Virus record (IMG/VR): IMGVR_UViG_3300004369_000643
Span: 1 to 64,000 of that record
Length of the DNA stretch: 64,000 bases
Strand: one strand, 5' to 3'
Source: a virus
Positions 45,948 to 57,900 of the stretch are shown piece after piece (positions within the stretch are counted from its first letter, which is position 1; each line of letters starts with the position of its first letter). The position numbers were made by a program, and so were the translations under genes. The notes under the pieces are model-generated. The model made no database searches, was not told the DNA's origin, and saw nothing but the letters and a program-made list of their open reading frames with translations.

Positions 45948-47533
45948 TGGCATGGAACTCTAGTTCAAATAAATCACTTCAATCCGGTATTGAAGAAAAG
46001 CGTGCGCAGGTTTCTGTGGGCGCTCCGGTTGCGTATAGCCCAACTATTCAGGGAAACAATCGTGGTTACCATGATGGTTGGGATATTGTTAAGACCTATA
46101 AAGAGGCCGTTGCTAAGGTAACATGGGTATATCGCTCCATTGATGTTATTGCTTCCAATCAAGCAAGCCTGCCCATGATTCTCCGCAGGGATAACAACCC
46201 TTTTGGTGAAATTGTAACTGAAAATCCTATTCTAAAAATTTTCAATAACACTGCTAATATTGGTGAGAATGCTTGGGCATTCAGGTATCGGCTTAGTTCG
46301 CAGTTACTGATGAGCACTAGAGGTGTATTTGTTGAGATAGTGCGCTCTAGGGATGGTACACCGATTGCAATGCATTTGTTACCGCCTCAGAATACATCAC
46401 CAATTCCCGATGTTAAAAACTTTGTTAAGGGCTTTGAAGTCCAAATTACGGCCATGGAAAAGCGAGTCATCAAGCCTAGTGATGTAATTTGGGTGCGCCG
46501 CCCGCATCCCCTTGATCCGTACTTATCCATGACCCCTATGGAGGCGGCTGGTATTGCCATTGAGCAAGAGACTTTGGCTAAGTTGTACAATAGAAACTTT
46601 TTGATTAACGACGGTAGGCCGGGGGGACTACTAGTCTTGCGAAGTGAAATTTCTGAAGAAGACAAAGATGAACTGCGATCAAGATTTAGAGGCAATATTG
46701 GTAGAGCAGGCGCTGTTGGTGTTATTTCATCAGATGATGGTGCTGATTTTGTAGATACTGCTGCTAGCCCTCGTGATGCTTCGTATCAGCAAATGAGAAC
46801 AATTACTAAGGAAGAAATTTTAGCATCGTTCGGTGTCCCAGAGTCTATTATTGGTAACTCAGCCAACAGAACATTCTCTAATGCTATGGAAGAGGGTAAG
46901 GTTTTCTGGATGGAAACTATGACTCCACATTTGAATCTTATTGCCCGTTCATTTGATGCTATTGATGAATCTTACTTTGTTGACTTTGATACGTCAAACG
47001 TTCCTATTTTGATTTTGTCGAAGCAGGAACGTGAGAAGCATTATTTGTCAGAATTCCAGCAAGGTTTGATTAGCACAAATGAGTATAGAGAATCCTCTGC
47101 TCGTAAGAAAGTTGAGTCTGAGTTGGCTGATTCACTCTTGGCAAATCCAAATCTTACACCTTTGGCTAATACTGAAAAGCCTATGCAGCCTGAAGGCCAA
47201 GAGCAAGGTATGGGTGGTGCTCCCGGTATGGGTGGAATGGATGACATGGCCGGTGGTATGGGGGGTATGGACGGCGGCACTCCTCCGGCTCCTCGTGATG
47301 CGGGCTTTGTTGAAAGTGGTGTACCTCTCCAGCAACAAGCCACCTCAGCATTACAGCAACAAGTCACTGAGTTTAGTCCAGAAGAAGGTGCATTTGTTCC
47401 ACTTGGCAATGTTCAGGGGACACAGAGAATTGAAGCACCTGCTAGCGCAGTTCCTAGTGAATTAGATGTGGAGGGTGAGAAGAGCCTCCCTTTAGAACAA
47501 AGACTTCTATTATTGGAGAACCTCCTCTCGTAG
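45947..47533 (+). CDS. HK97-type portal protein
   Basis: VYRSIDVIA, P..AA, NF..N..RPGG, I...FGVP, TNEYR. Confidence 0.9.
   Translation: MAWNSSSNKSLQSGIEEKRAQVSVGAPVAYSPTIQGNNRGYHDGWDIVKTYKEAVAKVTWVYRSIDVIASNQASLPMILRRDNNPFGEIVTENPILKIFNNTANIGENAWAFRYRLSSQLLMSTRGVFVEIVRSRDGTPIAMHLLPPQNTSPIPDVKNFVKGFEVQITAMEKRVIKPSDVIWVRRPHPLDPYLSMTPMEAAGIAIEQETLAKLYNRNFLINDGRPGGLLVLRSEISEEDKDELRSRFRGNIGRAGAVGVISSDDGADFVDTAASPRDASYQQMRTITKEEILASFGVPESIIGNSANRTFSNAMEEGKVFWMETMTPHLNLIARSFDAIDESYFVDFDTSNVPILILSKQEREKHYLSEFQQGLISTNEYRESSARKKVESELADSLLANPNLTPLANTEKPMQPEGQEQGMGGAPGMGGMDDMAGGMGGMDGGTPPAPRDAGFVESGVPLQQQATSALQQQVTEFSPEEGAFVPLGNVQGTQRIEAPASAVPSELDVEGEKSLPLEQRLLLLENLLS
47488..47494 (+). other. putative -1 ribosomal frameshift site C CCT TTA
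   Basis: in-frame X XXY YYZ heptamer, GGAGG 13 nt upstream; -1 frame open into MuF. Confidence 0.6.
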
Positions 47534-47646
47534 ACGAGTCCGAGTGGAGAACTAAAACACTATACACTGTCAATTCTTTAGAAGAACAATTAAACACCGC
47601 ATTAGACAAAGTTTTTGATGAGCAAGAGCGTGTTGTTCTAGAAGAG

Positions 47647-48309
47647 TTGAATAGTGACGCCGTTAAAGCCGCTATTGCTAGCGGTTCGGTGCCCTTAATT
47701 ATGTCCGCAATTCCCACGACTTTGCTGACTCCCACAACTGTTGGATTAGTTGCTGCTATGCTTGCTTCATATAACAAAGCAGTCACAGATAATGTTGAAG
47801 AGGGATATGGTGCTCCTGTTAGTCAGCAGACGGCAGATGCGGCGGCTTCGGAGCATTTAGCATCAGTAAATAATTTTAATTCAACAACCCAGCAGGAGGT
47901 TGCGTCTGCTTTGGTTGCTGCGTCGCAGTTGTCTGATGAAACTGATGGCGATATTGATATCGCTTTAAAAATTGCTTTGGCTTACTCGCTGATTAAGGCA
48001 GTTTTCAATAAACTCAGAACAAAGCGTAGAAAGTTGATTGTAGATGCTGCCGTACTTGGTACGTATAACCAAGGATTGTATGATTCTGCAACTGCCGAAG
48101 AGCAAAGATCAGGTAGAATTGTTCAGAAGCAGTGGATTTCTTTAATGGATGAGAGAGTTAGGTCTACTCATAGACAGTTACATGGGGATAAAGTTGCTGT
48201 CGGTACGCCTTTTATTGTTGATGGCGTGTCCATTAGATTCCCTAAAGACCCTTTGGCTCCTCCCGGTTTGACTATTAACTGCCGTTGCGTTTTACGCTTC
48301 AGCAGGTAG
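47647..48309 (+). CDS. MuF / SPP1 gp7-like minor head protein domain
   Basis: KQW...DERVRSTH..LHG...F...FP.DP......INCRC; frame open from 47479. Confidence 0.85.
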   Translation: MNSDAVKAAIASGSVPLIMSAIPTTLLTPTTVGLVAAMLASYNKAVTDNVEEGYGAPVSQQTADAAASEHLASVNNFNSTTQQEVASALVAASQLSDETDGDIDIALKIALAYSLIKAVFNKLRTKRRKLIVDAAVLGTYNQGLYDSATAEEQRSGRIVQKQWISLMDERVRSTHRQLHGDKVAVGTPFIVDGVSIRFPKDPLAPPGLTINCRCVLRFSR

Positions 48310-48400
48310 TTTATATATAAGTATTTATATAAAGCAGAGACTGGGTACCCAATAGGGTTTGTACAATATGACATAGGAGACTAGTCCTTAGAGGAGAGTT

Positions 48401-49966
48401 ATGACTGTTGCAGAACTAAATGACACCGAGCAAGATACCAGATTTAAGGCTATTTCAGGTCAGATTGGTATTGACAAGGCTCAGGGGATCGTAGAAGCGT
48501 TTGTTTCTGGTATTGGCAATAAAGATTCTGTCGGAGATATCGTTGTTGCTGGTGCCTTCAATGGTTCGCTCAAGCGTCGCAAACCACGAGTTGTTTGGGG
48601 GCACGACTGGAATCAACCCATTGGTAAAGTTATAGAGATTTATGAAGTCCCAAAGACTGATCCGAGATTGCCTGATAAGATGAAGCAGGCTGGTGTTGGC
48701 GGTTTGTTTGCAAAGGTTCAGTTCAATCTCAATACTGAGCGTGGACGTGAAGCATTTGCTAACGTAGCGTTTTACGGTAATGAGCAAGAGTGGTCAATCG
48801 GTTATAAGACCATTACTGCAGATTTTGATGCAGTTAAGCAGGCTAACGTTCTCAGAGAAGTAGAGTTGTATGAGATTTCTCCTGTCCTGCACGGAGCAAA
48901 CCAGTTAACTGCAACTATCTCAGTAAAGGATGATGAAAAGGGCAAGGAGTCCAAAGGTTGGCAATCAGGTGACGACGACAAAGACGGGCCTGCCAGCAAT
49001 ATGGATGCGATGTCAGAGCGGCTGGGGCGTATGCTATCTCAGGCGCTAGGTAAGCCCGTTCAGATTATTCAAGCAGACGGAAATAATGTTGTATTTCAAA
49101 CAGGCGAAGACATGACATGGAGTGCTACCATTTCAGTAGAAAATGGGCAAGTTCAAGTCGGTCGGCCTACACGTGTAAAGCCCACTACAAGTTATACCCC
49201 TGTTGGGGAGGAAGCGCCACCTTCAATGATGATTAAAGATACTGATGAAAAAAATGCCGAAGAGCCTGCTGGCGTTAGAAACGCTGACAACGAGCAAGGC
49301 TCGTGGGCAACTCCAGATATTGCTTTGGCTTGGTCAAAGACTCTGGGATGCTCAGGTTATCATTCCCACGGTGGAGGCTTTATGCCTTGTGAAACCCACG
49401 AAGAATACTTAGAGGCTATTAAGAAGTTTGATGGTAATGCTAACATCAACTCCCACAATAATTACCTTGCTGGTGTTGAGGTTGAAGAAGCGAAAGACGC
49501 TGGATGTGGTTGCAGTACTTCCGAAAAGGGTCATGGCTACATGCGTAATGAAAAGCCTGAATATTTGAAAGATCCAATGGCGCTGCTGCTTATGGCCTAT
49601 AACGAGATGCTTAAACTACGGGGTGCGGGCGAGTTGCGTGAGGCAACTCTCTCATTAATTGGTGCGGTTGAGAATTTTTTGACCGAAGCACCTATGTCTC
49701 TTCCAAGTGAGCAGGGCGAGAAAGTAACCTCAGGTTTTGTTGTTCATGTTAAGTGTTCAGAACGTGAGGCTTTAAGTGTTAGTGGTGCTATGTCGTCACT
49801 TCCAGTATTCTCATTCAAGTCGGAAGATGGTGTTGATGTTCACTTCACTACCGAACTTGCGGAAGAAGAACTAATGGAAAAAGTTGCTATTTCGCTTGCC
49901 GGATTAGACTTTGATCCTGAGGTAACAGTAACCAGACCGATTGACACCGATGAAGGTGTTCAGTAA
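48401..49966 (+). CDS. HK97-type prohead protease with C-terminal extension
   Basis: DSVGD...GAF, WGHD...PIG, WSIGY, LYEISPV..GAN. Confidence 0.9.
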   Translation: MTVAELNDTEQDTRFKAISGQIGIDKAQGIVEAFVSGIGNKDSVGDIVVAGAFNGSLKRRKPRVVWGHDWNQPIGKVIEIYEVPKTDPRLPDKMKQAGVGGLFAKVQFNLNTERGREAFANVAFYGNEQEWSIGYKTITADFDAVKQANVLREVELYEISPVLHGANQLTATISVKDDEKGKESKGWQSGDDDKDGPASNMDAMSERLGRMLSQALGKPVQIIQADGNNVVFQTGEDMTWSATISVENGQVQVGRPTRVKPTTSYTPVGEEAPPSMMIKDTDEKNAEEPAGVRNADNEQGSWATPDIALAWSKTLGCSGYHSHGGGFMPCETHEEYLEAIKKFDGNANINSHNNYLAGVEVEEAKDAGCGCSTSEKGHGYMRNEKPEYLKDPMALLLMAYNEMLKLRGAGELREATLSLIGAVENFLTEAPMSLPSEQGEKVTSGFVVHVKCSEREALSVSGAMSSLPVFSFKSEDGVDVHFTTELAEEELMEKVAISLAGLDFDPEVTVTRPIDTDEGVQ

Positions 49967-49996
49967 GATATTCTCTATAAGGATACAGGAGTAAAA

Positions 49997-51799
49997 ATGA
50001 GTGATAACCTTAATGAAGACCTTCAGAAGATGGAAGCCCTGAGCGAAGTCATTGATTCTGGGGAAAGCATGTCTGCCGAAGAAAAGGGTATGCATGATAT
50101 GAAGAAGAATGCGCCATCAGTTTTTATGACTGATATTCGTTTCAAGGAGTCCATGGAGGCCGGTGATTTGCTTACCGAAGAAGCCTATATGTCTTTGGAT
50201 GCGGATGATCAGAAGGGCTATGAAATGGTTCAAGTAATGGATGAAAAGACCAAAGAGCCTATGGGTTGGGTTTTCCGCTTTAAGTCTGATGAAGATGATG
50301 GCGAAGAGGCTGTTGAAGAGGCTGTCGAAGAGGCTGTCGAAGAGGCTGTTGAAGAGAAGTCAGAGACTTCAGATATTTCTGAAAAAGCGGCTGCTCTCAT
50401 GGCACAAATGCGTTCAACTGATGATGATAAACCATCAATGTTCTTAACTGATGCTCGGTTTAAGGAAATGATGGAAGACGGAGAACTAGTTTCCTCTGAA
50501 GATTATGACGGTCTTGATGAAGACGCTAAGGGTGCTTACGAGGCTGTTGAAGTTTACGAAGAGGGTACCGGCAAGGGTTATGGTATGCGTTACCGCCGCC
50601 GCAGTCCTCTTGAGTTGACTTCAATGCGTAAGGGTCAGCACATGGACGAGAAGGCTGATGACGGTATGGAAGACATGTTTGATTCAGAAGAAGAAGCACT
50701 TGAGCGTGCGGCTACTCTGGGTTGTGAAGGCGTTCATCGTGCCGGTGAGAAGTTTATGCCTTGTGCATCACACGATGATTGGATGAAGTTGAGCAAGCCT
50801 GCAGAAGAAGAAGCACCCGCTCCTGCTGCCCCTGCTGCTCCTTCTGCTCCTGCTGCTCCTGCAGACGCTGGCATGAAGTCAGAAGAAGAGTTCCTTTGTG
50901 GATTCCAGCGTAAGTCAGTTACGCAATCATGTGAATTTTGCTCAGGTGGTTGCGCACCGCAAGACGGTCTACCCGGATTGGCTGATATTGAGAATCAAGT
51001 TAAGTCAGATTATGAGGGTTCTGAGATCATTAGTTCAGGATACTCTGCAGGTGACGACGTTTTCGTTGTAGACGTTAAGCGTGCTGATGGATCATTCATT
51101 GAAGTGTTCTTGACCGGTGAAGGTGAAGAACTAGGATGGTTGCGTTTAGATGAGAGTGCAATTGAGGGCAAGTCCGCTGAAGCAATTGAAGTTGTTTCTA
51201 AGTCAGACGCTGAATTGACAGCATCAAAAGCCATTAGCGACATGGGAATTAAGGCTGAAGTCATGAGTGTTACCGTTGACATCTTCGCAGACGAAGATGT
51301 TTATGTTGTGGAACTTGATGCGGAAGAGAAGAGTTACGATGTGTTCATTTCAGCAGACGGCAAGGTTCTAGGCTACGATGAATATGAGTACGACACTCCT
51401 GCCTCATATGAACTTTCTGAAGAGGAAGAGATTAAGGCAATTGAAGCCGAACTAGAAATTAAGCGGATGTACTCTCGTGAACAGCGTGAGGCTATGGCTG
51501 AATCTGGTGAGGCTCTTCCCGACGGATCATTCCCCATTGCGGACGAAGCCGACCTTAGTAATGCTATCCAAGCACTCGGACGTGCGTCTGATCCAGAAGC
51601 GGCTAAGGCACACATTATGAAGCGTGCTACAGAACTTAAGTTAGAGGATATGATCCCTTCAGATTGGAGCGATGGTGATTCACCTGCTCCAGCATCTGCA
51701 CCAAAAGAAACAGACGCAGAAGAGAAGGGTTTGGACGAAGATATCCTTAAAGCAATGGAAGAGTTCAATAGCCTTTTGGAAAGTGACGAACTTTCTTGA
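49997..51799 (+). CDS. acidic head-associated protein (Cys/His module, PepSY-like repeats, ALPDGSFPI domain)
   Basis: position in head module; motifs shared with 61243-62757. Confidence 0.75.
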   Translation: MSDNLNEDLQKMEALSEVIDSGESMSAEEKGMHDMKKNAPSVFMTDIRFKESMEAGDLLTEEAYMSLDADDQKGYEMVQVMDEKTKEPMGWVFRFKSDEDDGEEAVEEAVEEAVEEAVEEKSETSDISEKAAALMAQMRSTDDDKPSMFLTDARFKEMMEDGELVSSEDYDGLDEDAKGAYEAVEVYEEGTGKGYGMRYRRRSPLELTSMRKGQHMDEKADDGMEDMFDSEEEALERAATLGCEGVHRAGEKFMPCASHDDWMKLSKPAEEEAPAPAAPAAPSAPAAPADAGMKSEEEFLCGFQRKSVTQSCEFCSGGCAPQDGLPGLADIENQVKSDYEGSEIISSGYSAGDDVFVVDVKRADGSFIEVFLTGEGEELGWLRLDESAIEGKSAEAIEVVSKSDAELTASKAISDMGIKAEVMSVTVDIFADEDVYVVELDAEEKSYDVFISADGKVLGYDEYEYDTPASYELSEEEEIKAIEAELEIKRMYSREQREAMAESGEALPDGSFPIADEADLSNAIQALGRASDPEAAKAHIMKRATELKLEDMIPSDWSDGDSPAPASAPKETDAEEKGLDEDILKAMEEFNSLLESDELS

Positions 51800-51817
51800 T
51801 ACTCTAGGAGGCATAAA

Positions 51818-51997
51818 ATGCAGCCTAGCCAAGTGATACAGAGAATTGCTGCCGCTAACCAAACTTTAGCAGAATTAGGAGCATATGCTGTTCTTGGTGA
51901 CCACGTTAGAGATAACGAGGTAGAATATCTGTATAGAGACGGATTAGAGCATGTCTTTAGTCCCTTAGAAACCACTGGGGATTCGGATGACGATTGA
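51818..51997 (+). CDS. 59 aa hypothetical protein
   Basis: AGGAGG SD; manual translation MQPSQVIQRIAAANQ... Confidence 0.6.
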   Translation: MQPSQVIQRIAAANQTLAELGAYAVLGDHVRDNEVEYLYRDGLEHVFSPLETTGDSDDD

Positions 51998-54900
51998 GTT
52001 TAAAGCGCCCGAAATAGGTCCAAATGCCGATGCGCTGACCAGCCTTACACGAGGCCGAGGGCCACGTAGAGGCAACTTAGAAGACCTACTGAAGTATTGG
52101 CGTCCTATCATGAAGAAGCCGGGTGGATTCCGTAGGTGTGTTGTCATTTTAATGGATAAGCCCCAGTTTGGTGGAAAGCCTCAGCGCATTTGTGCTTGGC
52201 TTCACCACGAACTTACAGGTAAGTGGCCAAATGAAGGTAAGGGCAAGAAGGGTAGCCGCAGTCGTAAGAAGCGCCGTGGGCGTTCAGTTACTCGTAGGGT
52301 AAGGTCTGCGGGTAAGAAGTCTTTGATGGGTATGTCACCTTTGACTGAGGTTACTTCTTTGCGTATGGCTATTCGTGAGTCTCGTGAGTTTGGCGGAATT
52401 TTGGTTCAACCAATTGCGGGTAGGCAGAATGCTGTAGAAATGAAAGCGGCTATGTTCCTGCGCCACTCAGAATCTTTACCTTTGTTTGCTGGAAATGACG
52501 TTAAGCGGGTTGGTACTGTTGGTTCTTCTAGTGGTTTGGGGCAGGCCGCTCAGGCTGCGGGTAGTATTATTCTTCCGGGTGATTTGTCTGACATTCGTAG
52601 TCCTATCCGTTCGCAAATTTATGAAACTTTAACTCCGGGCGGTGGTGGAAGCATTCGCCGTCCTAGTGCTCGTCGCTTATTGAGAGGTACGGGTCGTGGT
52701 GCTCGTAATAAGTTTAGGTGTCCTCCGGGTTTTGAAAAGGGCGGAACTTTTACTAATTCTGAGTTCTCTACTTGTGGTGCGCAGATTTTAGGTATTGCTA
52801 GTTCAGGCCCCGGTTCGCCCACAGCAGAGGCAAACAATAGGCTTTCACGTTTAGCGAACACTGCTGGCTTGGTTAATGAGATTGGTGATCTCCGTAAGAA
52901 TACTAATGCTGTAGATATTATCCGTGCTGCTCAAATTCCTGCTGCCCCCAAGAAGGGTAGCCCAACTCGTGCCCAGACTTCAATTGACTTAGTTCTTTCT
53001 CGTTACACTGAAGAAGATTTCCCAACTAAAGTTGTTAGGCGAGACGGTGTTATTTTGGAGCCTGTTGTTTCGGTTGAAGCGCTTGGACGCTTAAATGAGT
53101 TTGACGACATGGCAGATGGTAGCCTTATTGAAAAGTATGAAGCAGGTCAGATTGGTGCGGCAACTGTTCCTGCATTTAGTGCTGGATTGCGCAATGTGTT
53201 TGTTTCCGTTCCAGATGCTGGTGCTGTTAAGATTAGTCGTGTAGGCGGAGAAATTTCAGATCAGGAACGGGCAGGCTTGTTACGTTCGTTTTCTGCGGGT
53301 ATATCTAGAAGCGCTGATTTACCTGATCCTTCCGCTGCTGTCCGTTCGTGGGCTGACGGCTCTGACGGTAGATTTACTGTTGAGTTTGGTGCGATTACAG
53401 ATAACGGTTTTAGTGTTCAAGATGATAAGAATGAGTTGATCATGGTATCCACTGCTGGTGGCAAATCTCAAACTGTTCCTCGCTGGGTTTATGAAACTTT
53501 CCTGTCTCGTTCTGCACCTCGCCGTGCAAAGGATGCCCCTATTTTTGAAATTGTTTCTGACGAAAGTCCTCTAGAAAAAAGTGTTTCACCATTTTATTTC
53601 TCGAAAAAGTCAGTAACTCCTACTAGTGATTTAAGTGATGTTTTAGATGCGCAGGATTATTACTTATCAATTAATAGTAAAGTTAAAGCATTTTCTTATT
53701 TGACTGAAGTTGAAGTTAAGGCTCCTAGGCGTGGAGGTTTGGGTCGTCGTCTTGGTCGTGGTGGTCGGGCTGTTGGTGGGCGTAGTCGTGCAGTATTCGA
53801 CGGCGCTTCAGGTAGGTATCGTTGTCCTCCGGGCACCCGTTATGGTGGTCGATTCTCAGATCAGTTTGGACGTAATTGCGGCTACTCACTTCCACGAGGT
53901 GTAGTTAATAATCTTGTTGATTTCGGTATGCGGGTTGAGGACGCAATGGAACGTCGGCGTACCCGCCGAGGCGTAGACACTACTCCGGGTGACGGTCGCA
54001 CAAATCTTAAGCCAGAGACTGTTACGCTTTTTGATGATGCCATTGGTAGAGTAGAAGCCGCTACAGGAGATTTAAGTAGAGTCTTTGAGAAGACAGAGGG
54101 CGCTCAAGGTGGTACATTAGGCCGCACTATTGGTGAGGCTCGGCGTGATGTTGATTTAACTCCTGAAGAGCGTGAGTTACTTGAAGGTGAGGCATTGGCC
54201 GATGCGTTAGAGAATCTACGTGATGTTTTAAATAACGAGGATTTAAACAACGCCAATATCGATGAAATCCGTAAGGCGTATAAGGCTGTTGAGAAGGCTG
54301 CTAACATCGAAGCGGGTCGTCTGACTGATAATCCTCCACGCACACCAGATCAACGTACATTGTCTCAAAAGATTTTAGACTTCTTGAAAGAAGTTCTCTT
54401 CCGTCTGTTGGGTATATGGAATGAAGATGATGAGCGTCGGCGCATTGGCGGCGGTGTAGACACTCGTCCCGGTGATGGTGATGCTGATGTGCCGGGAAGT
54501 CGTCCTCGTGTTCCGGGTGGAGGACAGAGCCGTCCTCGTATTCCTGTAGATAATGATCAAGGTCGTCCTCGGATTCCTCTAGATAATGATCAACGGCGTC
54601 CTCGTATTCCTTTAAGTTTGGATGATGCTGTTCGCAGTGATTCAGATGATCGGGATTCTTTAGAGGCGATTTTGAATGAGTTTCGTGATCGTGCTGAAGA
54701 ATACGAGGTTGCTGGCGGTGGAATGACTGCTGATTTTGTTGAGTCATTAGACGACAAAGATTTGGATAGATATACTCAAGCATTTGAAGATGCTGCAAGA
54801 CTGTTAGCGGATGATCCAGCATTTGATGATATTAACGACGCTTTAAATCGTCTGCGTGGTGAGCGAGATCGTCGGGACAGGCAACGCAGTCTAGTTAATG

Positions 54901-57900
54901 CCGATCTTCGTGAACGCTTTGATTTAGATAGCGAAGATGGTCTTGCTGACGCTATTGAACACTTTGAAGACCTTGCCGATGAGTATGAGGCAGCAGATAT
55001 CATGACTGCTGACTTCTTTGAACGTTTGAACGACGATGAAATTGCGTTCTTCCAAGACGTGTTTGATAGGGCTATAGATAACATTGGGGACAATGAAGAC
55101 GGCGCATTTGATGCGATTGCTCGACGTTTAGAAGATGAACGCTCACGCCGTGATCAATTGAATAGAGAAGATTTCAGTAAGGAAGATTACAATTTAGTTC
55201 TTAAAGAAATGAATGCACATATGAAGCGGTTTGAGGTTGCTGGCGGTGGAATGACCGCTGACTTCTTTGATGCCGTTTCAGATGATGACCTGATTAAGTA
55301 TCGTCGTGCTGTTCGTGATGGTTTAGATGCTGATGCTTTTGATGGTGAAAATCGTGAAGCATTACAGGAACTCTTAGGGCGTATGGACGGAGAGTTTGAT
55401 CGTCGCTTTAAAGGCCCCGGCAAGCGTCCTCGTATTGAGTCAGAAGAAAACAAAATTGAAGATAAGTTTACTTTAGATGGTGATGCCGATCTTGCTGCTG
55501 CTATTAAAGAGTGGGAAAGGCGTGCCGCCGACTTTGAAGTTACTGGTGGTGGAATGACTCAAGATTTAGTTGAGTCACTAAGTAATGAAGAACTTATTTT
55601 CTTTGAAGATGCTCACATCCGCTTAAAGGAGCGTATGGGAGAATTTGATTCTTTCGATCCCGCTGATTTAGATGAGATAATTAATCGCCTTCGTGGTGAG
55701 CGTGAGCGTCGTGGATTTAATTCATGGGGGCAAGGATCAGAGCCTGATCAGCGTTCGCTGATAAATGTCAATAACCGCTTCCCACGAAACGGTTTACCTA
55801 ATCGTGCTTATTGGCGGGATGACAATTATGACGGTGATGATGCTGCTGAGTTAGATCGACGGTTTGGTCGTTACTATGATGGTAACAATATGCTGAATGA
55901 TAGGGGTCGCTCTGTTAATCGCCGTTTGGGTCGTGATAGTGATTCTAATGCACCTGACGTTGCGCCTGATGGCGATAGTCCTGACGATCCAGATAATCTT
56001 AGCAGGTTCTCTGATGATGAACTTAGAGCATTACTTGCTGATGATAATGCTGAATTACCTTTCAATATCCAACGCATTTCTGATGATGACTTAAGGCGTA
56101 TAGAGCAAATTGGTGACGAGTTTGGCTCATCAGAAGAGATTACAGCAACAAACGGAATATTTAGGCGTCCATTAAATAATGTCCGAATTGTTGCGGAGGA
56201 AGTAAATAGGGGGCTGAATGGTGAGCGAGATCCGAACCGTTTAGGTGCAGGTACACCTGATGCGTCTCGGCCTGACATTCCTTCACCGCTTTCCGATAAT
56301 AACTTTAATTCTGGCCGTAGGCTACGTCAGCCTATAAGAGCAATTGATGATGCCGATGATAATCAGTTAAATAACTTGCGTGGCGCTATGCAGCGTGAGT
56401 TTGCAAATTCGTATAACGAGTGGGTTGCTGAGTTAGGGATTGCAGGTGTCGCTTCGGAAGATGTATCGTTTACTAGGATTAAAGAATATATTGACGGTAT
56501 TCAAGATGTTGATAGGCGTCGTCTATTAGAGATGAGATTGGCTGACTTACGAGAGTTGAATGAGGGTGTACGTAAGTTAAATCAGGGTGATGATACTCGT
56601 GAAGTTCTTAGAGATCATTTAGGCAGGATATCGGTTGTTCGTAGAGCGAGCGTTATGAATTTGATTGACAACGACGATGCTAACGTTCCTAATGTTCCTG
56701 ATGAACCATTTGTTGAATCTTTGATTCCTAGTGATAATCCTCTTGAGGGTAGAAGACGGGTACGGGATGCTGGATTAAAGTATGATCAAGAAGGTAATTC
56801 TTTCTTAGCGAACATGGATTTTAATGATCTTGGTCAACTATTTGATGATATAAAAGCGGCAGAGATCGATGGCGAGGTTTTAGCGCCTAGGTTCCGTGAT
56901 ACTGTTAGAGCGGAATATAACTTTAGGCTGAGAACAAATGACGGGGATTACGATGCTTTAGTTGCCCGTTTGGAAGGAATGTCTGACGAAAGCCTAGAAG
57001 AAATGGCTACTCGTGACATAGACTTTAGAGTTATTAGACTACGTGGGGGTAATGACAATGGTAGTCCTCCGAGCCGTGCAGCCTTGGCTCAAGCAGATAG
57101 ATTAATTGAGGCCAAAGAGCGACGTGAGAGAAATCTGCGTGAAAGAATTCCTACAGGCACTATAGATGTTCCTGAAGATGGCAGCATCCGTGATCGGGTT
57201 GGTGCAGTTTTGGGTGAGGGTGCTGTTGATATGGATGACAGAGCAGCAGAAGCCTTCTTACGCAGCCTGTCTTTTGAAGAATTTACACGTTTGTTGGAAC
57301 GTAAAATGAATATGATGCCAGCATTTGATGATATAGACGACGAAGATTATATCGTTCTTTCTCAGATTGGGCAGCGTATAACTCGTGAAAAAGATAGGCG
57401 AGAGCACGTTCGAAGGTTCCAGTTAGACGTACCAATAAGCCAGCGTTCAAACGAGGCTTTAGATAAGTATGAAACCTATTTTAATGAGTTGCTTGGTAGG
57501 CTTCCTGACGGTAACGCAAATTTTGAGCGGGTGCGAGACGAGATTCGTCGTGAGAAGCGAGCGAGAATTTTTGCACAGTCACCTAGCGTTATTGATTTAG
57601 AAGATGAGGGTAGTTCATTAGTAGATGCGTTCGTACCTGATGCGCCGGGTTCTGGAGATATCGAAGACCTTGAGAAGTTCTTTGCTAATCGTGCGCTTCA
57701 CGACGTTATGTCTACTCGTGATATGTTGAGAGTAAGAGATAGGATTCAGAATAGCCCTAATCTTACTCAAGATGAGTCTACGGCCTTGTTGCGTACTTGG
57801 GATGATCGTATGCGTAACAGAGGTTTGAATTTTGAAAGAAATCTGCCTATAGATCAGCGGTCGGCTGATGCGCTACAACGGCATATAGACTTTTTGAATA

